This document shows, piece by piece, positions 47,330 through 56,775 of a stretch of 64,000 nucleotides of DNA (position 1 is its first letter; every line of letters begins with the position of its first letter). The notes beneath the pieces are model-generated. The model had not been told where the DNA came from. It made no database searches and saw nothing but the letters and a program-made list of their open reading frames with translations. The stretch comes from Bdellovibrionota bacterium. Lineage in GTDB: Bacteria; Bdellovibrionota_G; JALEGL01; DATDPG01. The stretch is taken from the NCBI GenBank assembly GCA_963668355.1, contig OY764265.1:832001-896000 (forward strand). Reading direction: 5' to 3'. Both the position numbers and the translations under genes were made by a program.

Positions 47330-47971
47330 TCATATCGCAAAGAACGAAAGAAACCTTTCTTTTTCGCGACAAGCCATGAAGGGATTGTTCTTTTTTTCAA
47401 CCCCTATCGTGGAGGAAGCGCTTGGCCCATAACCGTGCCCAGGAAAGACCTTTAGTTCATCCGGGAGCTGAGCAAGCATTTGAAGGCTCGAAAAAAGTTG
47501 CTCCGGGTTTCCGCCGGGTAAATCCGTTCGCCCGCAGGCTCCTACAAACAAGGTGTCTCCTGAAACAAGGTGGGAACCCACCCGAATGCAGAGAGATCCC
47601 GGAGAATGCCCCGGAGTATGAAGAAATTCGCATTCAAGGTTTCCCACACGAATTCGATCTTCATGCTTAATCTTCTCCGTATCCTTGGCCCAATCTCCCT
47701 CCCAAGGCTTTTCAAGCGGGTGCATAAACACCGGGGCCCCGGTTTTTTTCTTAATTTCCTCGACACCATTGGAGTGATCCGGATGTGCATGAGTTAAGAA
47801 GACATGGGAAACTTCCATTTGGTCCTCTTCCAAGACCTTTAAGATCTCATTCACTTCCCAGGCGGGATCCACTACGGCCGCTTTCTTCTCCCGTTCGTCC
47901 CCCAAAAGATAGATGAAATTGGCCATCGGCCCCAATCCAAGGCGTTTGAAATACATGTGTTCCTCCGTCAT
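47330..47971 (-). CDS. MBL-fold hydrolase (glyoxalase II-like)
   Basis: THAHPDH, TPGHSPG, SGDTLF, GRTDLPGG, PGHG. Confidence 0.93.
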   Translation of the reverse strand: MTEEHMYFKRLGLGPMANFIYLLGDEREKKAAVVDPAWEVNEILKVLEEDQMEVSHVFLTHAHPDHSNGVEEIKKKTGAPVFMHPLEKPWEGDWAKDTEKIKHEDRIRVGNLECEFLHTPGHSPGSLCIRVGSHLVSGDTLFVGACGRTDLPGGNPEQLFSSLQMLAQLPDELKVFPGHGYGPSASSTIGVEKKNNPFMACREKERFLSFFAI

Positions 47972-47986
47972 ACTAAATGCTCAACC

Positions 47987-48361
47987 ATGGAAACCGAAAA
48001 CGTAGCTCAACTCATCGAAACATCCAATGCCAAATGGAAACCTGCGAAACTGGAAGGAATTGATTTTCTTCCCTTGCATACGGATCGTGCTGAACGAAAA
48101 GGGACTTTTCTTTTTCGAATGCAGCCTGGAACTTGCTATACCCGACATCGACATCCTGGAGGAGAAGAGTTGTTGATGTTGAAGGGATCTTTGGAAATGG
48201 ACGGAAGAAAATTGAAAGCCGGAGATTTTCTCTATTCTCCGCCGGGCACAGCCCATGAACTCAAATCGGAAAAGGGTTGCATGTTCTTAGTCGTATGGAC
48301 CGACTCCATTGAAATCGTTGTGGGAGGAAATTTCGAAGAGATCGAACCCAACTACGATTAA
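47987..48361 (+). CDS. ChrR-like cupin protein
   Basis: RHRHPGGEE, GDFLYSPPGTAH. Confidence 0.85.
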   Translation: METENVAQLIETSNAKWKPAKLEGIDFLPLHTDRAERKGTFLFRMQPGTCYTRHRHPGGEELLMLKGSLEMDGRKLKAGDFLYSPPGTAHELKSEKGCMFLVVWTDSIEIVVGGNFEEIEPNYD

Positions 48362-48372
48362 GTTCGTTCGGT

Positions 48373-48867
48373 TCAATTTGCAATTTCGCAGGCAAGTTCA
48401 ACCAATTCGTCTTCTTCAAGAACCGAACAAGACGCGCTTCTCTCTCCGACAAATCTCGATGAGTCATCCGATATCGCGTGGATTTGGAGCAAGCATCCGT
48501 TCACACGAACAAAGGAAATAAATAAGTTTTCCTCGGTTTCTTCATAGAGAAAACGTGCATCTTGGCAGGAAGCAAGAGCAGATCGAATGCACGCTCGTCC
48601 CGATTTCAATTCCTGCTCCGAAGAAGACTCATCAAAACGTCCACAGTCGATACCACTGGCACTCACGTAATCCTCGACCAAATTCTCAACCTCATCTCCT
48701 GAAAATTCTGTATTTAACCCAGAAGCCACATCGTCCTCAGGATTTCCAACGCCAAAACCACACCCACTTAAAAAAATGAGAAGAATCAGAAGAAGCGTCA
48801 AACCATGAACCCAAACCAGGTCACTCCAGCTCGACACATTTTGACGGGAATCTTGTTTACTCATCAT
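48373..48867 (-). CDS. Cys-rich lipoprotein, hypothetical
   Basis: LSG-C lipobox followed by GFGVGNP; six further Cys; start overlaps the upstream stop. Confidence 0.65.
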   Translation of the reverse strand: MMSKQDSRQNVSSWSDLVWVHGLTLLLILLIFLSGCGFGVGNPEDDVASGLNTEFSGDEVENLVEDYVSASGIDCGRFDESSSEQELKSGRACIRSALASCQDARFLYEETEENLFISFVRVNGCLLQIHAISDDSSRFVGERSASCSVLEEDELVELACEIAN

Positions 48868-49681
48868 GGTCCAATCTAAAAAGCTGAAGGTTAAGTTGAT
48901 ACACAGAGTCAAACGATTCACTCTGGCCAAAATAGGAATCCAATTCGTTTCGAAATTGATGAATTCGTTTGAAGGCTTTTTTTAAATCCTCTTTCCGTAC
49001 CGCCACGGTCAAACTTGAAAAACATCGTTGTTGGGCCGTCTGTTCTTCGAGGGCTTTCTTGGCCAGATCCGACATTTTTTGATGAAATAGAATGGCCGCG
49101 TCTGATTTTGTTACGTCCTGGGTTTGCAAACTTGGATGACTTAAATGAAACGTTCCTGTTTGTTCGTCTTCTCGAATGAGTCCCACACGAAGCAACAACT
49201 CCAAGGCTTCTTTCGCTTCTTGAGGGGTAAATCGATAATCGAAACGGGACGCAATCCATTTGGGTTGAGGCTTAAAACCTTGGGTTAAGATCAACTCACG
49301 AATGGCCATCGGAAACCAGGTTGAGAGAACTTCATGTTGGTCGCGAGTCAATAATAAACGGTCGTCTTGTGAGCGGGCCACATCCAAGTTCTTGCGATAA
49401 AAGTTACGCTCCTCCACATCCTTGGCTTGGGTATAAAAAACAAGATTCTCGAAAAAAAGGGCTTCGCGATCTCCTAGATTTAAGCCTTTGGCAAATTTAC
49501 GTACGTTTCGATGAGTGAGGTTTCGTTCGCCATCCATCACCAATTTATAATAGTTGGGAGACTTTAAGCCGGCTTTCTTAGCAAAGTAACGAAAGGAGTA
49601 GGATCGACTAGCTTCTTTCTTAAACTCATAGTGATCCCGTAAAAACTCTCGATAATCGCTGTATTCAAAGACCGAACGCAT
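48857..49681 (-). CDS. TIGR02147/DUF4423-family HTH protein
   Basis: SVFEYSDYREFL, SFRYFAKKAG..SPNY...GERNL, W...AIREL, VYQLNLQLF; start moved to ATG 49681. Confidence 0.88.
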   Translation of the reverse strand: MRSVFEYSDYREFLRDHYEFKKEASRSYSFRYFAKKAGLKSPNYYKLVMDGERNLTHRNVRKFAKGLNLGDREALFFENLVFYTQAKDVEERNFYRKNLDVARSQDDRLLLTRDQHEVLSTWFPMAIRELILTQGFKPQPKWIASRFDYRFTPQEAKEALELLLRVGLIREDEQTGTFHLSHPSLQTQDVTKSDAAILFHQKMSDLAKKALEEQTAQQRCFSSLTVAVRKEDLKKAFKRIHQFRNELDSYFGQSESFDSVYQLNLQLFRLDHDE

Positions 49682-49810
49682 GCAACCCATCCTGTTTCCA
49701 GTGTACGCAATGGGGACCCCGGAAAACCAGGGAAAAGTTAACAAATCAAAACTTCTTGTTAACTCTTGTGACCCCGTGACTTTCGGGAATTTCTTGGTTA
49801 TGACGTCTGG

Positions 49811-50479
49811 GTGGAGAAAACACAACCAGTTGATTTTATATGGGATTTTGATTTAGTCCTCTTTGATTTGGATGGCACCTTGGTGGATTCCAGTCAAGAC
49901 ATCGCCAACTCCATCAATTTCACGCTAGCCTCTTTTGGCATTCCTCCTTGGCCCGTAAGCACCATAAAGACCTTCATCGGAAACGGTAGCATGCGCCTGA
50001 TTGAAAGAGCCCTGGCAGGTCGCATGGAACACGCGTCACAAGCTCTTCAAATCTTTACCAAGCACTATCAACAACATGTCTGCGATCACTCAAATCCTTT
50101 TCCTGGCGTGGAAACGATTTTGGATCGCCTTTCTGACCTGCCTCTGGCCATCATGAGCAACAAACGCGAACGTTTTATCCATCCATTGCTCGAATATTTA
50201 GGTTGGGAAAATCGATTTGACTGGATTGTCGGAAGTGACAGCTTGAATATCCGAAAGCCCGATCCAAGACCTCTTCTTTGGATTTGTGAACAAGCGAAAA
50301 TTCCCCCAAACCGAACCGTCATGATTGGCGACAGCCCCGTGGACGTAAAAGCAGGGAAAGCTGCAGGCATGGCGACCGTCGGTCTCACAGGAGGCTTTAC
50401 AACCCCAGAAGCCGTTCGAGACGAGAAACCCTCCCTCACACTTCATTTCTTGAGGGAATTGGAGACATGGCTTCGGTAG
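49811..50479 (+). CDS. gph: HAD-family phosphoglycolate phosphatase-like
   Basis: FDLDGTLVDS, SNK, KPDP, MIGDS..D. Confidence 0.85.
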   Translation: MEKTQPVDFIWDFDLVLFDLDGTLVDSSQDIANSINFTLASFGIPPWPVSTIKTFIGNGSMRLIERALAGRMEHASQALQIFTKHYQQHVCDHSNPFPGVETILDRLSDLPLAIMSNKRERFIHPLLEYLGWENRFDWIVGSDSLNIRKPDPRPLLWICEQAKIPPNRTVMIGDSPVDVKAGKAAGMATVGLTGGFTTPEAVRDEKPSLTLHFLRELETWLR

Positions 50480-50947
50480 TCGATTTTACGCCGATCCGGG
50501 CAAATCAATACCTCACAACCAGCATCTTAAGAATCGGCCTCTTCTCCTCTCCGCATGGGTTTGACACAAGCATAAAGTGGGGAGGCACCATGACCAGCAA
50601 ATCAAAATCCTCCTCCCAAGAAAGCCCTTACAACATCTAAACTTGAGCGTATTTATCTGTTTTTAAAGTAATTTTAACGATTTAAAAAATTCCAAAATCC
50701 TCCCGCCCCCTTCAAACACGCTAGGAACAGCAAAAAAATGGACGATTGAAAAAAACTTCAGTTTCCTCTTGAAAAGCGGTCGCCAATCACCATAAGTTAC
50801 AACTACGGCGTAAACGATACGTCACCCTACACTGCCATATATTTGGAACGGCTGTCTTCGTTAGAAAAGATGGCATGGAGTTATTTACTCTTTGCGTCCG
50901 AAAAGGTAGGGGAAGATCTTGTGGTACTGAACCTTGGAGGGAAATAC

Positions 50948-53737
50948 ATGGAGTCGCAGGTAGTAAAGATCAAGTCGAAGCTGAACGAAGAAACCAGCTC
51001 TGCAAAAAGCGAAGCAAAAGGAAAGAAAGGCATGAGCCGAAAGGTGGGAAAGGGGATTCCTTTCACGCGTTATTTTACCAAGAAGAGCGTGCATCCATTT
51101 GATGAAGTGGAATGGGATCTTCGAGAAGCTGTGATCACAAACGAAAACGGGGAAATCGTTTTCGAGCAAAAGAATGTGGAATTTCCAAAGTCTTGGTCCC
51201 TGCTTGCCACAAATGTTGTTGTCTCCAAGTATTTCCGTGGAGCATTGAATACCCCGGAACGGGAGACTTCCGTCAAACAACTCATCAGCCGCGTTTCAAC
51301 GACCATTGCCGATTGGGCTCGCAAGGATCGATATTTCGCAGGCGAAGCCGAAGCACAATCCTTTCAAGACGAATTAACGCATTTACTGTTGCATCAGAAG
51401 ATGGCGTTCAACTCTCCGGTATGGTTCAACGTTGGAATCGAACCCAAGCCACAATGTTCGGCTTGTTTCATCAATTCCGTTTCCGATTCCATGGAGTCCA
51501 TCCTCGAGTTGGCAAAAACCGAGGGAATGCTGTTTAAGGGAGGATCGGGAGCGGGGTGCAACCTTTCTCCTCTCCGCTCTTCTCGCGAACAACTTTCGGG
51601 AGGCGGCGATGCATCAGGCCCCGTTTCATTCATGAAAGGATACGATGCATTTGCGGGCGTCATCAAGTCGGGCGGAAAAACCCGAAGAGCCGCAAAAATG
51701 GTGATTTTGGATATTGACCATCCAGACATTGTTGAATTCATTCAATGTAAAGAAGTCGAAGAAAAGAAAGCCTGGACGTTGATTGATGCCGGTTACTCTC
51801 CCTCGTTTAATGGAGAAGCTTACTCATCCATCTTCTTCCAAAATTCGAACAATTCCATTCGCGTAACCGACGAGTTCATGGAAGCCGTTGAACATGATCG
51901 CACCTGGAACACGCGTGCGGTGACAACCGGAGAACCCACGGACAGCTATCGAGCCCGTGACCTGATGAAAATGGTATCTGACTCCGCGTGGATCTGTGGA
52001 GATCCGGGCGTTCAATTCGATACCACGATCAACGATTGGCATACCTGCATCAACTCCGATCGGATCTATGCCTCGAATCCTTGCTCCGAATACATGTTCT
52101 TAAACGACACCGCCTGCAATTTAGCTTCGTTAAATCTTTTAAAGTTCGTCAACGAAGCGGGAACATTCGATGTTGATGCGTACCGAGCTGCGCTAAAAAC
52201 GACGATTTTGGCTCAAGAGATCATCGTTGAGAATGCTTCCTACCCCACCGCAACCATCGAAAAAAACAGCCATGACTTTCGCCCCTTGGGCATCGGCTAT
52301 GCCAATTTGGGCGCGCTACTCATGTCGATGGGTCTCCCATACAATTCAGATGCCGGCCGTGCTTACGCCGCCGCATTGACTGCGGTGATGTCGGGACAGA
52401 CCTATCAAGTTTCGGCTGAGGTGGCTCGGGACAGGGGGCCATTTGCTGGGTATTCGAAAAACCGAGAAGCCATGCTACGCGTGATTCAAAAACACGCTAA
52501 GGCCGTGGAGAGCATTGATCGAAATCTCATTCCTCCCGATTTATTCGAAAAAGCCCGAGAGGATTGGACTGGGGCGTACGAACTCGGGAAACGCTACGGT
52601 TTCCGAAATTCTCAAATCAGCGTCTTGGCCCCGACCGGCACCATCGGTTTCATGATGGACTGTGACACTACGGGCGTGGAACCTGATATCGCTTTGGTGA
52701 AATACAAAAAGTTGGTGGGTGGCGGTTTCTTAAAAATCGTGAACAAAACCGTTCCCATGGCCCTCAAAAAGCTGGAGTACGAAGAAGCGGAAATCAAAGA
52801 GATCATCAAATACATTGACGAAAACGATACCATCGAGGGAGCACCCGGCCTCAAGGACGAACATCTTTCTGTTTTTGATTGCGCATTCAAACCCCTCAAT
52901 GGCGAACGCTTCATTCATTACCGAGGTCACTTAAAAATGATGTCGGCGGTTCAACCTTTCATTTCGGGTGCCATTTCGAAAACGGTCAACGTACCCAACG
53001 AAATCACGTCGGACGAAATCAGCGATGTCTACATGGAGGCTTGGAAGCTTGGACTGAAAGCCATTGCGGTTTACCGAGATGGTTGCAAACGTTCTCAGCC
53101 GTTAAACACCGGAAAAGATAAGGCCAAAAAAGAGGAAGAAAAACCGTGGACAAAAAAACCACGACGACACCTACCCGACACACGCACGTCCATCACCCAT
53201 AAATTCAGTGTGGCTGGACATGAAGGATACATCACCGTCGGCATGTATCCAGATGGATCTCCCGGTGAAATTTTCATCGTCATGGCGAAAGAGGGATCAG
53301 TGGTCTCCGGGCTCATGGACTCATTCGCGACGGCCATTTCCATGACCTTGCAGTATGGCGTTCCTTTGGAGGTGCTGATCAACAAGTTTAGTCATATGCG
53401 ATTCGAACCTTCTGGCATGACGTCAAACCGAGACATCCCCTTTGCCAAGTCGGTTGTGGACTATATCTTCCGCTGGTTGGCTTCCCGATTCTTAAAGAAG
53501 GAAGACCAACTCAAAGTTGGGGTCTTGAACCACGAAGAAATCACAACGGAAACCAAGGAAGAAAAAAGCGAGCCTTCTACCAAAGGCATAGCTGGAGCCG
53601 AGTTAGCTGGTGGACAAAAATGGTCCTTTCAGCTCCAAGAAGACGCTCCTCCTTGTCACGACTGCGGATCGATCATGATCCGAAACGGTGTCTGCTATAA
53701 ATGTGTCAACTGCGGTGCCACCAGTGGCTGCAGCTGA
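50948..53737 (+). CDS. nrdJ: Class II (adenosylcobalamin-dependent) ribonucleotide reductase
   Basis: FNSPVWFN, QCSACFI, NPCSEY, ACNLAS, APTGT, TSCPD-like domain, C-terminal CHDC...CVNC...GCS; ATG 50948 after GGAGG. Confidence 0.97.
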   Translation: MESQVVKIKSKLNEETSSAKSEAKGKKGMSRKVGKGIPFTRYFTKKSVHPFDEVEWDLREAVITNENGEIVFEQKNVEFPKSWSLLATNVVVSKYFRGALNTPERETSVKQLISRVSTTIADWARKDRYFAGEAEAQSFQDELTHLLLHQKMAFNSPVWFNVGIEPKPQCSACFINSVSDSMESILELAKTEGMLFKGGSGAGCNLSPLRSSREQLSGGGDASGPVSFMKGYDAFAGVIKSGGKTRRAAKMVILDIDHPDIVEFIQCKEVEEKKAWTLIDAGYSPSFNGEAYSSIFFQNSNNSIRVTDEFMEAVEHDRTWNTRAVTTGEPTDSYRARDLMKMVSDSAWICGDPGVQFDTTINDWHTCINSDRIYASNPCSEYMFLNDTACNLASLNLLKFVNEAGTFDVDAYRAALKTTILAQEIIVENASYPTATIEKNSHDFRPLGIGYANLGALLMSMGLPYNSDAGRAYAAALTAVMSGQTYQVSAEVARDRGPFAGYSKNREAMLRVIQKHAKAVESIDRNLIPPDLFEKAREDWTGAYELGKRYGFRNSQISVLAPTGTIGFMMDCDTTGVEPDIALVKYKKLVGGGFLKIVNKTVPMALKKLEYEEAEIKEIIKYIDENDTIEGAPGLKDEHLSVFDCAFKPLNGERFIHYRGHLKMMSAVQPFISGAISKTVNVPNEITSDEISDVYMEAWKLGLKAIAVYRDGCKRSQPLNTGKDKAKKEEEKPWTKKPRRHLPDTRTSITHKFSVAGHEGYITVGMYPDGSPGEIFIVMAKEGSVVSGLMDSFATAISMTLQYGVPLEVLINKFSHMRFEPSGMTSNRDIPFAKSVVDYIFRWLASRFLKKEDQLKVGVLNHEEITTETKEEKSEPSTKGIAGAELAGGQKWSFQLQEDAPPCHDCGSIMIRNGVCYKCVNCGATSGCS

Positions 53738-53767
53738 TCTTTGAAGTAGTAGACTTCCCCCCAAAAA

Positions 53768-53805
53768 AAAGGTCCCCGGAAGAACAGGTTCTTCCGGGGA
53801 CCTTT
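53768..53805. terminator. Bidirectional intrinsic terminator between nrdJ and ferredoxin
   Basis: AAAGGTCCCCGGAAGAAC-ag-GTTCTTCCGGGGACCTTT, perfect inverted repeat with A/T tracts. Confidence 0.9.
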
Positions 53806-53827
53806 CGTTTATGGAATGACTTTTTAA

Positions 53828-54070
53828 TTATCCTTCGAAATGTTTTCGATTCTTTTCAATGAATGATTGCCATTTCTCGGGCACTTCATCTTCAGCAAAA
53901 ATCGCGTTAACCGGACAAACCGGCTCGCAAGCTGCACAATCCAAACAATCGTCGGGATTGATATAGAGTTGTTCGTCGTTATCTCCCCCTTGAATGCATT
54001 CCGTTGGACAGACTTCCACACAGGCTTTGTCTTTAACGCCAATACACGGTTCAGCAATAATATGAGCCAC
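53828..54070 (-). CDS. fdxA: 7Fe-type ferredoxin (FdxA-like)
   Basis: CIGVKDKACVEVCP and CLDCAACEPVCP. Confidence 0.92.
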   Translation of the reverse strand: MAHIIAEPCIGVKDKACVEVCPTECIQGGDNDEQLYINPDDCLDCAACEPVCPVNAIFAEDEVPEKWQSFIEKNRKHFEG

Positions 54071-54138
54071 TTTTTTCTCCTTATGGCAAACCGAAACAGG
54101 GTTTTAAGTGTCCCCTCTTTCGTAATATGATCATTTCC

Positions 54139-54690
54139 GTGAAGCTCTATACAAAAAAAGGCGACCAAGGACAAACGGGAATTCTCTCCAATCAAAGGGT
54201 ATTGAAAAATAACCCAATTTTAGAGGCTTATGGAGATGTGGATGAACTTTCGGCCATTCTTGGGTTGGCCCAGACGAAGAACTGCCCGCCCGCTCTCGAG
54301 ACCCATCTGAAGCGAATTCAATCTGAACTCTTGGTCTTGGGAACCGAACTTGCCTCCTTAGACATGGAGGAAAAGCAGCGAAAAAAGCTGCCTCAGCTCA
54401 ATGAGGAGATGATTTCCCAACTGGAGCAGGAGATTGATCAAATGGATGCGGAGTTGGAGCCCCTCACCAACTTCATTTTGCCTGGAGGGGCAGCGAGTGC
54501 TTGCCACTTGCATATGGCCCGAACCGTCTGCCGTCGAGCTGAGCGCCGAACGGTCGTCCTTCGGGAAAAATTGGAGAACAGGCCTTCCATTCTTCCTTAT
54601 TTAAACCGACTTTCGGACTGGTTATTTGTGGCCGCCCGATGGAGCAACCTCAAAGCCGGAGAAAGAGACCATCTTTGGAATGCTTCCTAG
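54139..54690 (+). CDS. PduO-type ATP:cob(I)alamin adenosyltransferase
   Basis: KLYTKKGDQGQT, AYGDVDEL, FILPGG, ARTVCRRAERR, YLNRLSD. Confidence 0.93.
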   Translation: MKLYTKKGDQGQTGILSNQRVLKNNPILEAYGDVDELSAILGLAQTKNCPPALETHLKRIQSELLVLGTELASLDMEEKQRKKLPQLNEEMISQLEQEIDQMDAELEPLTNFILPGGAASACHLHMARTVCRRAERRTVVLREKLENRPSILPYLNRLSDWLFVAARWSNLKAGERDHLWNAS

Positions 54691-55535
54691 TCCGCCACCA
54701 AACTTTTCAAAACGAAGAAAACATTCTCTTTTCGCTCCCTCAATCGTCTATAAAAATAGGGAAACCAATGCGTGCCATAGGGCACATATAAGCGTACGTG
54801 GTGGCCCGCTTTCGCGAGCTCTCGGGCTCGCTTCCGCCTAAGGCCGTAAAGCATCTGAAATTCGTATTGTTCCCGAGGTATGTTTTCTTTGGCAGTATAT
54901 TCCAAGGTCCAATCAATGAGCTGATCATCATGCGTAGCCATGGCCACATGAGAACCCTCTTTCCACAGAATTTCTGCCATCAACTTAAAATTTCGACGAA
55001 TATCGTCCATTCGTTGGAAGGCTATATTGGGAGACTCCTTATACGCCCCTTTGCATATGCGCACGGGAGCCTTAAGGCTTCCTAGTCGTCGAATGTCATC
55101 TTCCGTTCGACGTAAATAGGCTTGAATGACAATTCCGACATTCTTATGGTTTTGAAAAAGACGATGATAAATATCTAACGTGCGTTGAGTATATTCAGAC
55201 CCTTCCATGTCTATTCGCACGAAATTATTATATTGCGCCGCCCGTGTGACAATTTTCTCAAGGGTCTGAAAACAAAAATCGTTCGAGATGTCCAAACCCA
55301 TTTGCGTAAGCTTCAGGGAAACATGGCTATCTATCTTCTCGCTCGCGATTCCATCCAGCAGACGAAGATATCCTTCCGAGGCATTGACCGCCTCTTCCTC
55401 ATTGGAGACATTTTCCCCCAATATATCCAGCGTTGCATGGATGTTTTCGGCATTGAGATGTTTTACCGCATCGACAGCTTTTTCCTGGTGTTCCCCAGCG
55501 ACAAATCGTTTGGCTAAAAAAGTAAGTGCTTTCAT
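54687..55535 (-). CDS. Monofunctional proline dehydrogenase
   Basis: RFVAGE, SLKLTQ, RIDME, RICKGAY, ATHD, FQMLYG, YFYRRLRER. Confidence 0.93.
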   Translation of the reverse strand: MKALTFLAKRFVAGEHQEKAVDAVKHLNAENIHATLDILGENVSNEEEAVNASEGYLRLLDGIASEKIDSHVSLKLTQMGLDISNDFCFQTLEKIVTRAAQYNNFVRIDMEGSEYTQRTLDIYHRLFQNHKNVGIVIQAYLRRTEDDIRRLGSLKAPVRICKGAYKESPNIAFQRMDDIRRNFKLMAEILWKEGSHVAMATHDDQLIDWTLEYTAKENIPREQYEFQMLYGLRRKRARELAKAGHHVRLYVPYGTHWFPYFYRRLRERKENVFFVLKSLVAD

Positions 55536-55711
55536 ATTTTCAATATCCAAAGGGTTAAGAAGAGTAGGCAAACAACAAGTAGAAGTGTGTTATTCCTTCG
55601 ATTCCACACAGTAAGGCTTGTATGAACTTCGAGCTTATTTCCGCAGACCGAGCAAAACCGATCCATCTCTTGGACCTCGGCCTGACAACGGCTGCACTGA
55701 CTCTGTTTCAT
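55532..55711 (-). CDS. Small zinc-ribbon membrane protein (59 aa)
   Basis: CSRC...FCSVCG followed by a hydrophobic C-terminal helix; ATGA overlap with the proline dehydrogenase start. Confidence 0.6.
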   Translation of the reverse strand: MKQSQCSRCQAEVQEMDRFCSVCGNKLEVHTSLTVWNRRNNTLLLVVCLLFLTLWILKI

Positions 55712-55765
55712 CGCCGGATACCATACTGGACGCGAGGCCCTTTTTCCAGGCATACTTATCGTAGA

Positions 55766-56191
55766 ATGTCAGCATTGAATCGCTTCACCTCCAAATGGAA
55801 ACAGAGACTTAACCGGCGCCTCTATAAGAGAATGCCATGCACAGCCAAGGTCTTTTTATACGATCCCGTTGAAGAAAAAGGGGTTCAGGGAACCCTCCAA
55901 GCTTGGAGCCTGGGAGGCGTCTCCTTTTATGCTCCGTCCGCAGCCTGCCAAGGTAAAACGGTTTGTGTGCGGTTTTCGGTCCCGGAATGGCTTGAAAAGC
56001 CCGTCACGATTTCAGGGGTCATTTTGAAAAAAGAGCGTGTAAAATCCAACGACTACTTTTTTGTGGTTCTTTTCTCCAACTGGGAAGAGCCTGATCGCAT
56101 TCGACTGCGAGAGGCTCTCCTTAATCCCCGTCGGGAATTCGAATATCAGATATCTCAAGCTCACGACGTCCCCCCGGAGCTTGAACCGTAA
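55766..56191 (+). CDS. PilZ-like domain protein
   Basis: NRRLYKR; AWSLGG (degenerate D/NxSxxG); start moved to ATG 55766. Confidence 0.7.
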   Translation: MSALNRFTSKWKQRLNRRLYKRMPCTAKVFLYDPVEEKGVQGTLQAWSLGGVSFYAPSAACQGKTVCVRFSVPEWLEKPVTISGVILKKERVKSNDYFFVVLFSNWEEPDRIRLREALLNPRREFEYQISQAHDVPPELEP

Positions 56192-56606
56192 CCACGTCGC
56201 CCACTTCTTTTCCGATCAAAGCCTTCGCCAAAGGAGCGGTCACGGACACTCTCCCTGCATTGATATCCGCCTCGTCTTCACCAACGATTTGGTAACTCAT
56301 TTCCTTTTCCGCTTGAACGTCAAAAACATCCACACACACACCAAAAACAACGCGTTCATCCGTCATTTGAGAGGGGTCGATCACTTCCGCACGACCTACT
56401 TGGTCCTCCAACATCCGAATCCGAGCTTCCACATGCCCTTGTTTTTCCTTTGCTGCATGGTATTCAGCGTTCTCACTTAAGTCGCCATGTGCACGAGCCT
56501 CTTCAATTTCCTGAACAATTTTGGGCCGCTCAATCTTTTTCAACCGGCTAAGCTCGGTAACAAGTTTCTCTTTACCTTTTATGGTTACAGGTACGCGTTC
56601 TGTCAT
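56121..56606 (-). CDS. greA: Transcription elongation factor GreA
   Basis: EARAHGDLSENAEYHAAKEKQ, YQIVGEDEAD, APLAKALIGK. Confidence 0.97.
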   Translation of the reverse strand: MTERVPVTIKGKEKLVTELSRLKKIERPKIVQEIEEARAHGDLSENAEYHAAKEKQGHVEARIRMLEDQVGRAEVIDPSQMTDERVVFGVCVDVFDVQAEKEMSYQIVGEDEADINAGRVSVTAPLAKALIGKEVGDVVTVQAPGGRRELEISDIRIPDGD

Positions 56607-56775
56607 GTCACTTTCCACATTGTTTATTCGCCCACGAGGAAAACCCCTGTTTCTCTTGTGCGAAAATTGGCTTTGTTCGCTCTCACAACATCCATATTTG
56701 GGGAGCGAAAAGAAACGAGGATGCTACCCATCTTCAACAAAATAGCAAGGCCACCCTCTGTGATATGCTTTGGCC

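Noticed and set aside
50480..50947. Cobalamin riboswitch upstream of nrdJ
   Set aside because: No recognisable B12-box or core motifs; the region is AT-rich.
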